Shown here one piece after another: positions 8,122 to 20,600 of a stretch of DNA of 64,000 nucleotides. The stretch spans positions 1-64,000 of the IMG/VR virus record IMGVR_UViG_3300021961_000038; one strand, 5' to 3'. A program made the translations under genes and the position numbers. Below the pieces are notes generated by a model, which saw only the letters and a program-made list of their open reading frames with translations, was not told the origin of the DNA and ran no database searches. Within the stretch, counting starts at the first letter, position 1. Each line of letters opens with the position of its first letter. The DNA is from a virus.

Positions 8122-11100
8122 TTATGATAATAACATCCTTTGTAACGCAACAATGTCTCCATCAACTCCGCCTAAGAAGTTCAATTTGGCTTTAACTTTG
8201 ATTTCAACACCGGTTGTAGTGTCAATTTGATCTTCTTTGATCTCAATAACACCTGCGGTCATTATATTTACGTTCAATTCGGAATTACCACCACCAATTT
8301 GAGCATTAATGAAAGTTCTAATTGCTCGTTGTGTCGGCACAACACTGTCCGAGTTAGCCGCAAATGTTCCATCTGTACTAAACTCAGTAATTACTGCACC
8401 TGTTCCACCAAGTTCAACTGAACCCAATGAAAGTTCATTTAGTCCTGCAATGTTAAATGCATCTGCATCCAACGTTGCAACACCAGTGGACTGTTCTACT
8501 GAGAACAAGTCACCAACTCTAAAGTTACCGTCTTGGTCTGTTGACGTAAAGAACACTCTACCACCACCATACTGAACAGTTTCTTTTGTTGCATCTGGAT
8601 CTACTAACGGAATTCCTGGATAGTTAGTATTAGTAAAGTTACCTGTACCAATATCTAAGAAATCGTGTCCTGTTAGTCGAACCTGTGAATATCTAATTCT
8701 TAATTCTACCGCATCACCATGCTCTGGTGCTTGGTTAACAGGAACATCAGGACTTAATTGTACTCTTGCTGTATAAGGTCCTACGCCTAGTAATTCTCTT
8801 ACAGTAACAAGTTTAAAGTAAGGATTATTAATTCCTTTTTCTGCTGGAACGTTTGCTAAACCGTTTGATATTACATCAATCATAATATCTAACAAGTATG
8901 TTACTTTAGAAATCGTTTCATTCTCGCCATCGTTGCCTGTAATTGTCTGTGTTGTTACCACAGGCGATTGTAAAGTTGAGTAAGATGTGTTTATTAAAAT
9001 GTAACTATTGATAATAGTTTTTAACTGTTCAATAGCCGCAACCGTTTGTGCTTGTTGACCTGCTACTTGTGAAGTAGCACCATCCCAATAACTTTTTGAT
9101 GCCGCAATACTTTGTAGGTTACCACCAAATTTAATATCGTGTGCAATAGCATCAACAATATATCCTGTGTCTCTTTCGCACTTGGATTGATTATATGAGA
9201 ATCCGTTCCATATACCAGTTCCTGCTGATATTTGTGCTTCGATCCAAGCAATAACTTCATCTTTTAAAAACTCTTTGTTAACAGTTAATAGATCATAAGT
9301 GTATGGATATGTTTCACTTGTAATACTATTAAATGTTACGTTTGAACCAGCCAATGGTGGTTCAGTTAATCCTTCAAGATATACGTTCGCTCCAGGTTGA
9401 TATTTGTCTGCATAACCATCACCTGAAACAGTAGCAGTAGCAGTTTCGTAACCAATACCTCTGTTTAACATTGTTGGTTGTGCTATTACACCGTTACCAA
9501 CTCTAACTTCAAATGGTGCTTCAATTGTGTTTGAAGGATCTGTAATTGTTAGTGTAGGAGTTGTAACGTATCCTGAACCAGGTTCAAGAATTTTCATTCT
9601 TGCAATTTTTCCTGTGGCAACTACCGCTCTTATAAGTGCTTGTGCACCTGTTAAAATTTTATTTTGATTTGTTGTTGATGTTTGAATTCTAAACCATTGT
9701 GGTCTGTTTGAAACAGATCCGCCAACCAACCCAGCAAACTCTGCCGGAGAAGCAATTCCTGTATTAGTTCTTTGTGTCCAATTAATACCATCTGGTGTTT
9801 GAGCACCTTCATTACCTGATGTAATAGTTGCAACATCAAACGTGATATCAGTACCTGTACCACCAATACTTGCCGCCGCAATAGTTAATGTCTCAGCCAC
9901 TTCGTAAAGTTTACCTGGATTTCTTACAGTAATTGTACAAGCACCTGATCCGTCAACATCGACATCAAATTCTGCATCAGCACCAATAACTGATCCCGTA
10001 GCACTTACACCTGTGTATGTACCAAGTGTTCTTAAAGCATCCGCGGCACCTACGTTGTTAATTGTTTTAATTTGTCCGTGTTTTGTTTGTGCCCAAACAA
10101 ATGTTCCCATTTGATAGTTAATAAATCCTTCATGGTGTAGATATGCTGGATATGTTGCTTCTGTCCAAACAGTTCCGTTTAATGAATAATAGTATTTGTC
10201 ACCTCTATCTAAAGTAACAATATATCTTCCATTACCCCATGCAATATCAAAATATTGTGCATCAGTTACAGTTGGAATTGGTAATCCAAATCCGTTCCAT
10301 GTAATACCGTCTGACGATTTAGCCGCTTGTCCGTCTGTTGCAATAGCAACAAATTCGTTTCTTCCCCAAATAACTTTTAACCAATTTCCTGTTGTGCTTG
10401 GTAATGCTGTTTGTGTCCAAGTAGCACCGCTATCTGTTGAGTATGCTCCCACAGTAGAATCTTCAGTAATGGCAACCCATGTGTCGTTGATCTTGCTATA
10501 TGCACTTGCAGTCCAAGTACCGTTTGGAGCAGTTGTTTGTGTCCAAGAAACACCGTTGTCTGCTGAGAAACAAGCAGTCGAAGTGCCTTTACCAAACACC
10601 GCCCAGTTGCCTCCGCCATCACCAACTAGTGCATTCCAGTTTAGTCCTGAAGGTAAATTTCCTCCAGCGGCAAACGTGCTACCGTCATCTGATCTTATTG
10701 TTGATTGAACGTTTTGTCCAACCGCTATAATTCTTCCACCTGCAATACCCCAGTTTTGTCTTCCATATTGTAATGCCGCTCCAACACCTTGTTGTGAGTC
10801 TGCATATCCTGGATGTGGTAATGTAATTCTAGGTTCAATTTCGTACTTTGTAGTTCCATCGATTAATGAAGCAATAGCAGTTCCTGGAATTAAATGGTCA
10901 AAGCCTGCTGTATCGTCGGATTCCTTAAACACAGTTGCTGATTTTGATCCAGCACCGTATGTTCCAATGTAACCATACTGACCAACACCAAGACCGCTGG
11001 TAATTACAATTCTCATTCCGTTGTATTGACCAGTGTTTGCAGTATCAGTGTTCGAAATTACAATCGATGTACTATCACCTGTTTGTGCTGTATTTCCTGC

Positions 11101-14100
11101 TTGTGAATATTCAGCACCACCGAAGTCTCCTTCGCCGTCTGCATCAACATCGTTATCCAACATACGAATATCAAAAATACCACTGTCTCTAAATTCATCT
11201 GCAAGAGCAATAGCACCTGTTCCGTCACCAGCAAATTCAAAAGTTGCATTTGTATAATGAACTCCTGCATTTGAATATTCAACTCTTAAAATGTTTGCTT
11301 GGTTTGTAATAACATTATCAATTGTTGCTTCTCTATTTCTATTATTAACTGTACCTGTAATAGGAACTTCAGTAGGATCAACACCTTCAGCAACAGTACC
11401 AAATGTACCGTATGATGAGTTACCGTTTGTAGCACGAATCTTACCACCGTTCTCTGCTAGGTAACCAATGTGACCGTAGTATGAGAACACGGAAACAAGT
11501 TCTGTTCTACCTAGGTTAGTACACCATACACCAATACCATCTGATAGTACCTGTGTAAAGTCGTTGGCAACGATCGAATCATTTCCGCCGTCGTGTAAAT
11601 TACCATCAATTTTACAACCAACACATCCTGTACCAAATGTTGTTACGTTTTGTACATATGGTGAACGTGTTTGAATCCAAACTCTTGGATCAGTTGGACC
11701 CCAACCTGGATCAAGTGATGTGAATGAACCTGCTGTTGGTCTTCTAGTTCCATAATTGTTAGGAGCACTTAAAGTTCCTGTTAGTCCTTGTACTGTACAA
11801 TTTCTTAAACCTGTTCCATCTCTTAGATAGAACATATCTTCAGTTAATGAACCGTTAACAGCGTTTGCATAATATCTTGCATTATAGATTGTTCTATAAT
11901 TTCCGCCGTGTTTTAATTCCCAAATAAATCCTTCAATATATTTTCTAACATCACGCTGACATTTTGCTGTGTTGTATGTGTACGCAGGATATGTTGCTGT
12001 AATGTAAGCAGTTACTTCTTCTGCCAAGAAATCTGTATTGTGTTTTAGCATTTCAATAGCGGCATACACGTTGTCATCATTCGATGGAACTGTGCTTGAA
12101 GCATAAGGATTAATTACTGGTGGACTACTGTCTTGTGCAGTATTATTCACATAGTATTCAACATAATTAATTGCGTCTTGAATTCTTGCTTGTACAAAAG
12201 TACCTTCTGCAGAAGTACCTGCAAAGTTTAGTTTACTTTGCTCCATCTGTGTTTTTGTGTTAGAAGGTGTTTTTATTATTCCTGTACCTTGAATTACTGT
12301 ACTAATAATAGATTTTAAATGTTCATATCCAGCCAATGAATAGTTTGTGTCACTTGCTTGAGTATACATTTCAGCAGTTGCAGGACGAATGTTAGTTGAA
12401 CGTAACTCGTCTCCAACTACCGCAGTAAATTTTGGAACAATGATCGGTAATACTTCATAGTATCTTCCTGTTTTTACAAAAATAGTTTTATTAACAACTA
12501 TTTCTGCAGGAATATTAACTGTTGATGAATCTTCAATAGCAACAGCATCTGAAACAATATCAATTAATGATTCAATTCTTTCTTGAGCACCTGCTTCTTC
12601 AACCCAGTTACCATTTTTATACTGAGGTACTGGAGTTGCTACGCTGTTTAATGTTGCATAGTTTTGTGCAGGATCTAAATTTGTTAAAATTGCATCAGCA
12701 AGAGTTTTAACATAATCCATTGCGTTTGCAACGGCAGTATTTGCACCAACAAAGTCATCAAAATATTCTAATGCTAACGCTCTAGTTTCAGTGTTTCCAC
12801 CTTTACCTAAATCAAGTGCTACTCTATCTACTAACCAACCAATTCGTGATTTCATATCTGCTTTTGAAACAGGATATGTAAATCCAACAAATGGTGCAAC
12901 AGAGTTAGTTGTTTGATAATCAATATATTCAACAACCTGTTCTTGAATAAAGTGTCTATTGTGTTCTAATAATTGTCTTGCATTATTGTTTAATACACCC
13001 CACTCAATTGCTTCTGTGGCATATCTAATAGATGCAAATGGTCTATCAACAGTAGCACCCCATTGTGGGAATGTTCCGTCCTGACCTGATGGACCAACAT
13101 AATACACATGATCTGTTTTACCAAAAACTGACCATTCTGGCATATTACTTGAATTAACAACAAGTACATCACCTTCGTTTCCGATAGGTAATCGTGTTGG
13201 TGCTGATCCTGAATAGTAAAGTAAATCACCGTCTGTGGTTAATGCACTTTGCTCATTTCCGCCTGCAATAATTTTATAATAGTTACCAGCAACATCTAAG
13301 TCTGGTCTTCTACCACCAACTGATTGATTTGAAATGTGTGCTTGAACAACAATATAAGAGTTTACACCGTAGTAAACAATGTCACCTAAATCATATGAGG
13401 TAACGTTTGTCCAATCACCTTGCCATTCAAAACCTTGGTTAAGTCTTTCCCAGTAAGTTGTGTTAGGTGGTTTGTAAGCAGTGTCGGCATGATCTTTGAT
13501 ACACAAATAAGTGTAACCGCCAACTCTTACCACATCACCTACATAATAATCTTGTGTGGATGAGTCATCACCCCAATCGCCTCTTAGGTTGAATCCTTTT
13601 AGATATAAATCCCAATCACTGGTATTTGAATAAGGAGCCTTACCTAAATTATTAGTTGTTGCAATATATGAATAACCACCATAAGAAACAATATCACCTG
13701 GCTGGTATTGTGTTTGAATATTCCATGAATCTTCAAATTCTAAACCTGGAACAAATTTTTCCCAGTTTACTTCGTCAGCGGCAAGTGAAGTAGTTGAAGT
13801 ATGATGAGTTATACAAATCCAAATGTTTGCTCCATACTTAACAATATCATTTACACGATATCTTGTTCCTGATGTCCAATCATTTCTATATAAAACACCT
13901 TTATGAAAATACTGCCATTTGGCTTGATCTGCTTCTAGACCTTCGCTTGTTGTTCCTGACAAGTGACCTGTGATACAAACATAAAGTTGTCCACCGTATC
14001 TAACAACATCATTTGGTTTGTATCTAGTTTGTTCGTCCCAAGCATTTTTCCAATCAAATCCGTTTGAATAAATGTCCCACTTGGCTAAATCTGCTTCTAG

Positions 14101-14580
14101 TCCGTCAATGTCTGTCGCAACTGTTGTGCTTGAAGTATGATATGTGTTACATAGATAAATGTTTCCACCATACTTAACTAAGTCATTAACTTTATATCTT
14201 GTGTTGACTGTCCAGTCACCTTTCCAGTCTGTATTTTCTGTGTAAAGATCCCAGTCACCTTGGTTCTGTTCTAAACCTAGTGTTGCTGTTCCGGCTGATG
14301 TGTGACCATTATTTGCAACATAAAGTAGTCCTCCGTATTTTACTACGTCGCCAATTTTATAATATGTGCTGACTGTCCAGTTACCTGCCCAGTTTTGTCC
14401 ATCGGACATAACATTCCAGTACGCACTATCTAAATAGAAATCCGCTCCGGCAGTATGTGCCTGAACACAGATGTAAACCTGACCACCATATCTAATGATG
14501 TCGTCCTTAACATAGGCTTTTGCGGTTACCCACTCACCTTGCCATACAAATTTAATTCTACCTAGTTTAAATTCAGCCAT
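8122..14580 (-). CDS. Large tail fibre/receptor-binding protein A (2,152 aa)
   Basis: About 8 N-terminal W.G.W....Y...D.V.YGG..Y.C...H repeats (CBM5/12/ChiC-like); central pectin-lyase-like beta-helix (SPYVQNVTTFG...DG...GGNDSIVANDFTQVLSDGIG); S.D.G..W Asp-box/BNR-like repeats; C-terminal RYSQVRLTGHDFLDIGTG...GGRVFFTSTDQDGNFRVG block. Confidence 0.8.
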   Translation of the reverse strand: MAEFKLGRIKFVWQGEWVTAKAYVKDDIIRYGGQVYICVQAHTAGADFYLDSAYWNVMSDGQNWAGNWTVSTYYKIGDVVKYGGLLYVANNGHTSAGTATLGLEQNQGDWDLYTENTDWKGDWTVNTRYKVNDLVKYGGNIYLCNTYHTSSTTVATDIDGLEADLAKWDIYSNGFDWKNAWDEQTRYKPNDVVRYGGQLYVCITGHLSGTTSEGLEADQAKWQYFHKGVLYRNDWTSGTRYRVNDIVKYGANIWICITHHTSTTSLAADEVNWEKFVPGLEFEDSWNIQTQYQPGDIVSYGGYSYIATTNNLGKAPYSNTSDWDLYLKGFNLRGDWGDDSSTQDYYVGDVVRVGGYTYLCIKDHADTAYKPPNTTYWERLNQGFEWQGDWTNVTSYDLGDIVYYGVNSYIVVQAHISNQSVGGRRPDLDVAGNYYKIIAGGNEQSALTTDGDLLYYSGSAPTRLPIGNEGDVLVVNSSNMPEWSVFGKTDHVYYVGPSGQDGTFPQWGATVDRPFASIRYATEAIEWGVLNNNARQLLEHNRHFIQEQVVEYIDYQTTNSVAPFVGFTYPVSKADMKSRIGWLVDRVALDLGKGGNTETRALALEYFDDFVGANTAVANAMDYVKTLADAILTNLDPAQNYATLNSVATPVPQYKNGNWVEEAGAQERIESLIDIVSDAVAIEDSSTVNIPAEIVVNKTIFVKTGRYYEVLPIIVPKFTAVVGDELRSTNIRPATAEMYTQASDTNYSLAGYEHLKSIISTVIQGTGIIKTPSNTKTQMEQSKLNFAGTSAEGTFVQARIQDAINYVEYYVNNTAQDSSPPVINPYASSTVPSNDDNVYAAIEMLKHNTDFLAEEVTAYITATYPAYTYNTAKCQRDVRKYIEGFIWELKHGGNYRTIYNARYYANAVNGSLTEDMFYLRDGTGLRNCTVQGLTGTLSAPNNYGTRRPTAGSFTSLDPGWGPTDPRVWIQTRSPYVQNVTTFGTGCVGCKIDGNLHDGGNDSIVANDFTQVLSDGIGVWCTNLGRTELVSVFSYYGHIGYLAENGGKIRATNGNSSYGTFGTVAEGVDPTEVPITGTVNNRNREATIDNVITNQANILRVEYSNAGVHYTNATFEFAGDGTGAIALADEFRDSGIFDIRMLDNDVDADGEGDFGGAEYSQAGNTAQTGDSTSIVISNTDTANTGQYNGMRIVITSGLGVGQYGYIGTYGAGSKSATVFKESDDTAGFDHLIPGTAIASLIDGTTKYEIEPRITLPHPGYADSQQGVGAALQYGRQNWGIAGGRIIAVGQNVQSTIRSDDGSTFAAGGNLPSGLNWNALVGDGGGNWAVFGKGTSTACFSADNGVSWTQTTAPNGTWTASAYSKINDTWVAITEDSTVGAYSTDSGATWTQTALPSTTGNWLKVIWGRNEFVAIATDGQAAKSSDGITWNGFGLPIPTVTDAQYFDIAWGNGRYIVTLDRGDKYYYSLNGTVWTEATYPAYLHHEGFINYQMGTFVWAQTKHGQIKTINNVGAADALRTLGTYTGVSATGSVIGADAEFDVDVDGSGACTITVRNPGKLYEVAETLTIAAASIGGTGTDITFDVATITSGNEGAQTPDGINWTQRTNTGIASPAEFAGLVGGSVSNRPQWFRIQTSTTNQNKILTGAQALIRAVVATGKIARMKILEPGSGYVTTPTLTITDPSNTIEAPFEVRVGNGVIAQPTMLNRGIGYETATATVSGDGYADKYQPGANVYLEGLTEPPLAGSNVTFNSITSETYPYTYDLLTVNKEFLKDEVIAWIEAQISAGTGIWNGFSYNQSKCERDTGYIVDAIAHDIKFGGNLQSIAASKSYWDGATSQVAGQQAQTVAAIEQLKTIINSYILINTSYSTLQSPVVTTQTITGNDGENETISKVTYLLDIMIDVISNGLANVPAEKGINNPYFKLVTVRELLGVGPYTARVQLSPDVPVNQAPEHGDAVELRIRYSQVRLTGHDFLDIGTGNFTNTNYPGIPLVDPDATKETVQYGGGRVFFTSTDQDGNFRVGDLFSVEQSTGVATLDADAFNIAGLNELSLGSVELGGTGAVITEFSTDGTFAANSDSVVPTQRAIRTFINAQIGGGNSELNVNIMTAGVIEIKEDQIDTTTGVEIKVKAKLNFLGGVDGDIVALQRMLLS

Positions 14581-14628
14581 TGATCACTCCAATTGTATAG
14601 TTATTTACCATATTATGTATAACAACCA

Positions 14629-17600
14629 TTATGTGCCGCCTCCCGTTTCGTCGGTTCCGCCCATATCGTCCGGTGCCGGAAAGTCGGTTCCTGCGGCAAA
14701 AAATGCCATGGCCGCTACTTGTCCGCCAACACCGCCCTGTGCTGTTAATTTTGTTAATACATTGATTGCTCTAGTTGGATCTTCTTCAAGTGTTGTCATA
14801 GTAATTGTTTGGAAATTAATTTGAATAACACCTGCAACCAACCCGTTAACGTTAATGCTTGTACCACCACCTGTAATTCTGTTTGCAACATAAGCCGCGA
14901 TTGCTTTTTGTGTCGGGATAATTCTATCTGAGTTAGCAGTAAACAGTGGATCAATTGAGAATTCACTAATTACAGCACCAGTACCGCCTAAAGTAACACC
15001 ACCTAAACTTAGTTCTGTTAGTCCTTGTAGTTCAAATTGATCTGCGTTAAGTGTAACAGTACCTCTAGCCTGTTCAACTTCAAATAATTCTCCAACACGG
15101 AAGTTACCATCTTGGTCAGTTGAAGCGTAGAACACTCGTCCACCATCTGATTGTTGTACTTCATTAAATGGTTTTGGTGAATTATCTGCACCTTCAACGA
15201 AACCTTCAACATATCTTTGAGGATATGCTGATTCTCCAAAGTTACCTGTACCGATATCTAGGAAATCGTGGAATGTTAAACGTACCTGTGAGTATCTCTG
15301 TCTAATAGAAATTGCCGCACCGTGTTCTGGTGATTCTGCTCTTCCTAATTTAGGAGATATATTAATTTTTGCTGTTAGGCTTCCTGTATTACCTGCTACG
15401 TTTTCAACGCTGGTAACTTTATATGTTAATCCGTCAATACCTGCGATGTCTAAGTTATCACCTGGTCCTGGTAAACGAGACAATGCTTGTACGTTAACGC
15501 TACCACCTAATTGGAAAATGTCTGCATAACCGTCACCTGTTACTGTTGCTGTCGCACTTCTAAATCTTGTACCTCTACTAATAAATGATGGTTGAGGTAA
15601 TACACCGTTGGCTAATCTCAAATTCCATCTAGGTTGAGATGTAGATTGAGGATCAGTTATCGTCATAACAGCATTACCTGTTTCTGTTATAGATGTTGCA
15701 TTACCCATTCCAGCGGTAGATGTTGAATGATAATAAAAAGTACTAGGTGCATTAAATTGGACTTCAATTTCGATATATCTATCTGATGCAGTTGCAAAAT
15801 TATTAATAAATGCATTTCTAGTTACAACGCTTCCGTCGATGTAGTATAATAATCCTTGTTCATAATAGTTGCCACCATCTCCGATACCTTCGGCACTGTC
15901 TGCAAAGAAGAACGGATGTGTAGTTGTTGTTGAATCATCTTGTGGGAAATCAGTTAAAGAACTATCATTTAAATCAAACTTGTATGTAATACCTCTTGAC
16001 ATATCTAGATGTGGACGTTCACTACCGTCAATAAAGAATACATTTTGTGAATCTCCTGCATTTCTTTCAACGGTAACAGTTTTTACAACGTATAAAGTTT
16101 CTTCTGCACCACTGTAACCTGATCCTGGATCTAATAATGTAAACGAACCAACCCTGTTGTTTGAAACTTCAATAAATGCAAATGCTGTTTTACCTTGTCT
16201 TACTATTTCAACAATGTTTGATCCTGATGATTGTAAAGGATTACCTGAAGATAACAACAAGAATTTTCCAATATAGTTTGGAGCACCGAAACAAACGTGT
16301 GTCCATTTTCTAGAACCAGTTGTTGTTTGAGCAGTCCAAGTAATTGCGTCTTCAGATGTTGCTAATTCTGTGCTATTTTCTCTCACAGCAAGGAATACAC
16401 CTTGACCGTACCCTAATTTCCAGTTTCCTGGAGAAGGCAGTGCACCTGTTACTTCAACCCAAGTATCTTTTCCGTTTCTTACATTGTAGTATACAGTATC
16501 AGTTCCTGGTTGCACACCAACAAATCTATTGTTACCAAATGTTAATTGATCTAAGTTTGAAATATTTGTGGTTGTAAAGTTTTCACTCCATGTAGTTGCA
16601 CTAGGTGATTTAAACCAAATTCTATTTGCTGTTGAATCAAAATCATTTGTGGTAACAATAAAGTGTCCTTGACCATATGCTATACCACGAACAATTATTC
16701 CGCCGCCTAACACAACACCTGGTGATTCATATTCAATCCAGTTAATTCCGTCTGTTGATTGCCACCATACAGATCCGTCAGTTGTCATAACGACAAAGTA
16801 TCCACTACCATATTCAATAAATCTACTTGATACCAATGAAGAGTCTTCAGCAAGTTCTCTTACTAGCCAGTTTTCTCCATCTGTTGACACAGCAACAATA
16901 CCTTCATCAGCAACAGCAACAAACCTTCCGTTACCGTATACTATGTCTCTCCAACTCCATGAACCTGACGGTACATTAGGAGGAAAGTTAGGGAATGTTC
17001 CTTGAGTCCAAGTTACACCATCTAAACTTGTTGCATATGAATCTGTGTTTGGTTTACCAAATTCACTTTGTGCAATAGCAACAAATCTTCCGTTACCGTA
17101 TACACAGTTTGACCAGTCAATTGGTACAGGAAGATTAGCAGTTGTTTTGCTGAATGGTGGTTTACTAAACTCTACCAACGGTTGAATTTGATAGTATGCT
17201 GTATCATCAATAACAGGTTCTATAGGAGTACCTGAAATTAAATGATCCCATCCTGGTTGACCATTTGATAATTTATAAACGTTTGCAATTTTGGTTGAAG
17301 GGTCATATGTGTCAATAATACCGTATTGACCAACACCAGTACCACCAATAATTCTAATTAGTTTTCCGTTGTAACCTCCGGTTGAATCTTCTTGAGTATC
17401 AGTTAAAGAAAGTGTCAACGATGTAGTTGTTCCTCTTTGACCTAGACCTTGAATAACCTCGAATCCAAATCCACCCGCGGTTGATGAATCACCTGGATCC
17501 ATAAGTCTAACTTCTTTAATTGCACCATCTCTAAATTCTTCATATTCTGTAACAAGTCCGCTACCTGTACCTGAAAATGATTTAACTGATGCTGATGTAT

Positions 17601-20600
17601 AATGTTCTCCGGCGTGTGTATAACCAAATAGTAAAATTTCATCATCTTGGTCTGTATAAACCACGCCCACTTGTGCTTCTTTAGTTCTGTTATCAACAAC
17701 AGCAGTAATCGGTGTTTCTGATAAGTCGTATCCTTCAGCAACTGATCCGTAATCTCCATAAGAGTTGTTACCGTTTGTTGCACGAATTTTACCACCAATT
17801 TCTGATAGATAACCAATGTGACAATAATATGTAAACACTGATACAAGTTCTGTTAAACCTAAGTTAGTACACCATACACCTATACCATCACTTAATACCT
17901 GTGTAAAGTCGTTAGCAACAATAGATTTATTACCGCCATCGTGTAGGTTACCGTCAATCTTCATACCCACACAACCAGTACCGATTGTTGTTACGTTTTG
18001 TACATATGTAGATTTATTTGTAACCCATACAGTAGAATCGTCAGGTCCGGTACCTGGATCCAATGATACAAACGCACCACCAGATGGTCGTCTAGTTCCA
18101 TATTCATTAACGTCGCTTAATCCACCTGTTAATCCTTCCAGTGTCATATTTCTAATACCACAGCCGTTTCTCACATAGAACATATTCGATGCTTCATAAC
18201 CAGCGGCTGGCATAATTCTTGTTGATCTTAATTCATGACCGACTAATGCAACATCGGCTGGAACACTGATAGGTAATACTTCTTTGTATTCACCGGTAGC
18301 AATAAAAATAGTTGCAGGTGCTCTAGCACTTTCGTCTGCTAAAATATAATCACAAGCATATTTTACTGTTTTAAATGGATTGTTTTCAGTACCACCTTTG
18401 TCTGTTGCATCAACACCATTAGGTGAAACATAATAAACTTTAGGAGATCTTCCTAACAATGCCCATGTTGGATAATTGTAACTTCCGCTGTCTTCTGCTG
18501 ATCTTGGTAATACTTTAAGAGATGTACCTAAGTCACCGTGTACAATTCTTTCGTCACTATTTTGCCAATAAGATTTTATATCACCAACTTCTGCAAGAAC
18601 GTTAGTTTTAATACCTCTCATGTAGTATGTCCAGTATTCAGGAAGTGCTTTTTTTAGATCCTGATCTGGTCTACTGTTAGGAGTTATTGCTCCGTGTCTC
18701 TTAATACACTGATAAGCAGTGCCGGCCCAGGTGATAATATCACCTAGTTCATAATATTTTATAGTCGAGTCGTCGTTTTCTTGAACCCACGGTCCAACAA
18801 AAAACTTTCCTGTCATTAAGATCTGCCAATTAGTAGATCCTGTTACAGTAATTGTACCTTGTTGTGTTCCATATGCCATTCCTGTGTGATTGTAACAAGC
18901 ATAGTATAATGTATCTGGAGCATCGTTTGGAATTTGATACTGCACAAATCTTGATACCGCATTGTCGAATCCAGCAACATACGCCGCTAGTGTTGGAACA
19001 ACTTTTGAATCTAATATATAAGTTACTTCAACACCTTCGTCTTCATAAGCATAACCACCGCCTAAAATTCCATCTACAATTTTTGATAGATATAAAGGAT
19101 GTGTGTTGTTACTTCTGTCTGACTGTTCAAATGTATATGTTGAGCCTCTTTGTAAAGTAAAACTTTCTGCTAAAACATCATTAATATAATATTTGTTTGT
19201 ACCATTGAATACTCTTACGTCAACTTTAAATGTTTGGTTATTGCTACTAACATCGGGTCCATCGATTGCACCTGAAGTATGATCAGCAGTTGCAAGGTAT
19301 AGATAACCGTTGTTTCTAACCATATCACCAACTTTATAATCGGTGGCAATGGTCCAATTACCTCTTAAATTATACCATTCACCCATTAATGCCCAAGTAA
19401 GAGCGTCAGTTGGAGGAGCAATACCTATACTAAACTTTAATGCACGATAAGAATATCCGCCGTGTACTACAATATCACCTGTTTGATATGTTAAACCGGA
19501 GTTCCATGTATTATCGAATCCAATACCTGGAATATATTCTTCAAAATATTGTTCATCAAATGCCGATGGTGCAGTGTGTGTATTTGTACATCTATAAACT
19601 GATTGTCCGTGTTTAACTAAATCTCCTAGATAATATCTGGCACCCGCGGCGTAAACACTTCTAAATTGAATTCCTTCAAAAACAATCTGCCAATTACCGA
19701 TATCTTGTTCTAGTCCACCAGGTTCTTGCATATTCACATAAACTTCTCCTGGTGCAGATGTGTGTCCAGTTAAACATCTATAAACATATCCGCCATATCT
19801 AACAACATCTTTTTCTCTATATCTTGTATCTACTTGCCAGTAGTCTGCCCAATTATCTGTTTTATCAATAACGTCCCAGAATCCTGATCCTGACGATTCA
19901 AGACCAAGTGCAGTGTCGGCAGAGTCATGTTCAAATTTACATCTGTATAGAATGCCATTGTATTTTACTAGGTCTCCAACAATGTAAGATGTTTCAGGTT
20001 GCCAGTCGCCCTTCCATTTGGCTCCTCTGGTATGCGTTGTCCAGTACTGACTGTTTCTTTCAAAGCCAAATGCCGCATCTTTAAGAGCAATGTGACCTTG
20101 TATACATCTATATACCTGTCCACCTCTGTTAACTAAATCGTTTAAAATATATTCTGATGGTACAAATGGTGTTCGAAGCGTACCACTTGAAGTATATGTG
20201 GTGTACAATCTTCCGTCAACTGCAACTGTTACGGCAGTGTCAGTATAAAGTTGTAGTGTGTTTGCACCCAACGGATTCACGTAATATGTGTTTCCATTAA
20301 GTTCGGTCATACCGTTAACACCTGTTATTGTAATTGCTTGACCTTTTGCTAAACCGTGTGGAGCATTTGTTGTGATAACAACCGGTTGTGCTTTAGTTGC
20401 CGCTACAAGACCAAAAGTGTCATCACCTGAAGATTGTTCCCAATTACCCTGCCAGCGATAACCTTCACTCATTAACTCCCATTTTGTTAATTGAGGATTA
20501 CCTTCAACACTTAATTGTAGGACTCCGCCTTGAACATCTACTGTTTGAATTGTTACCGTAGCATCATTAACACCGTTGACACCACCTAATTGACTACCTG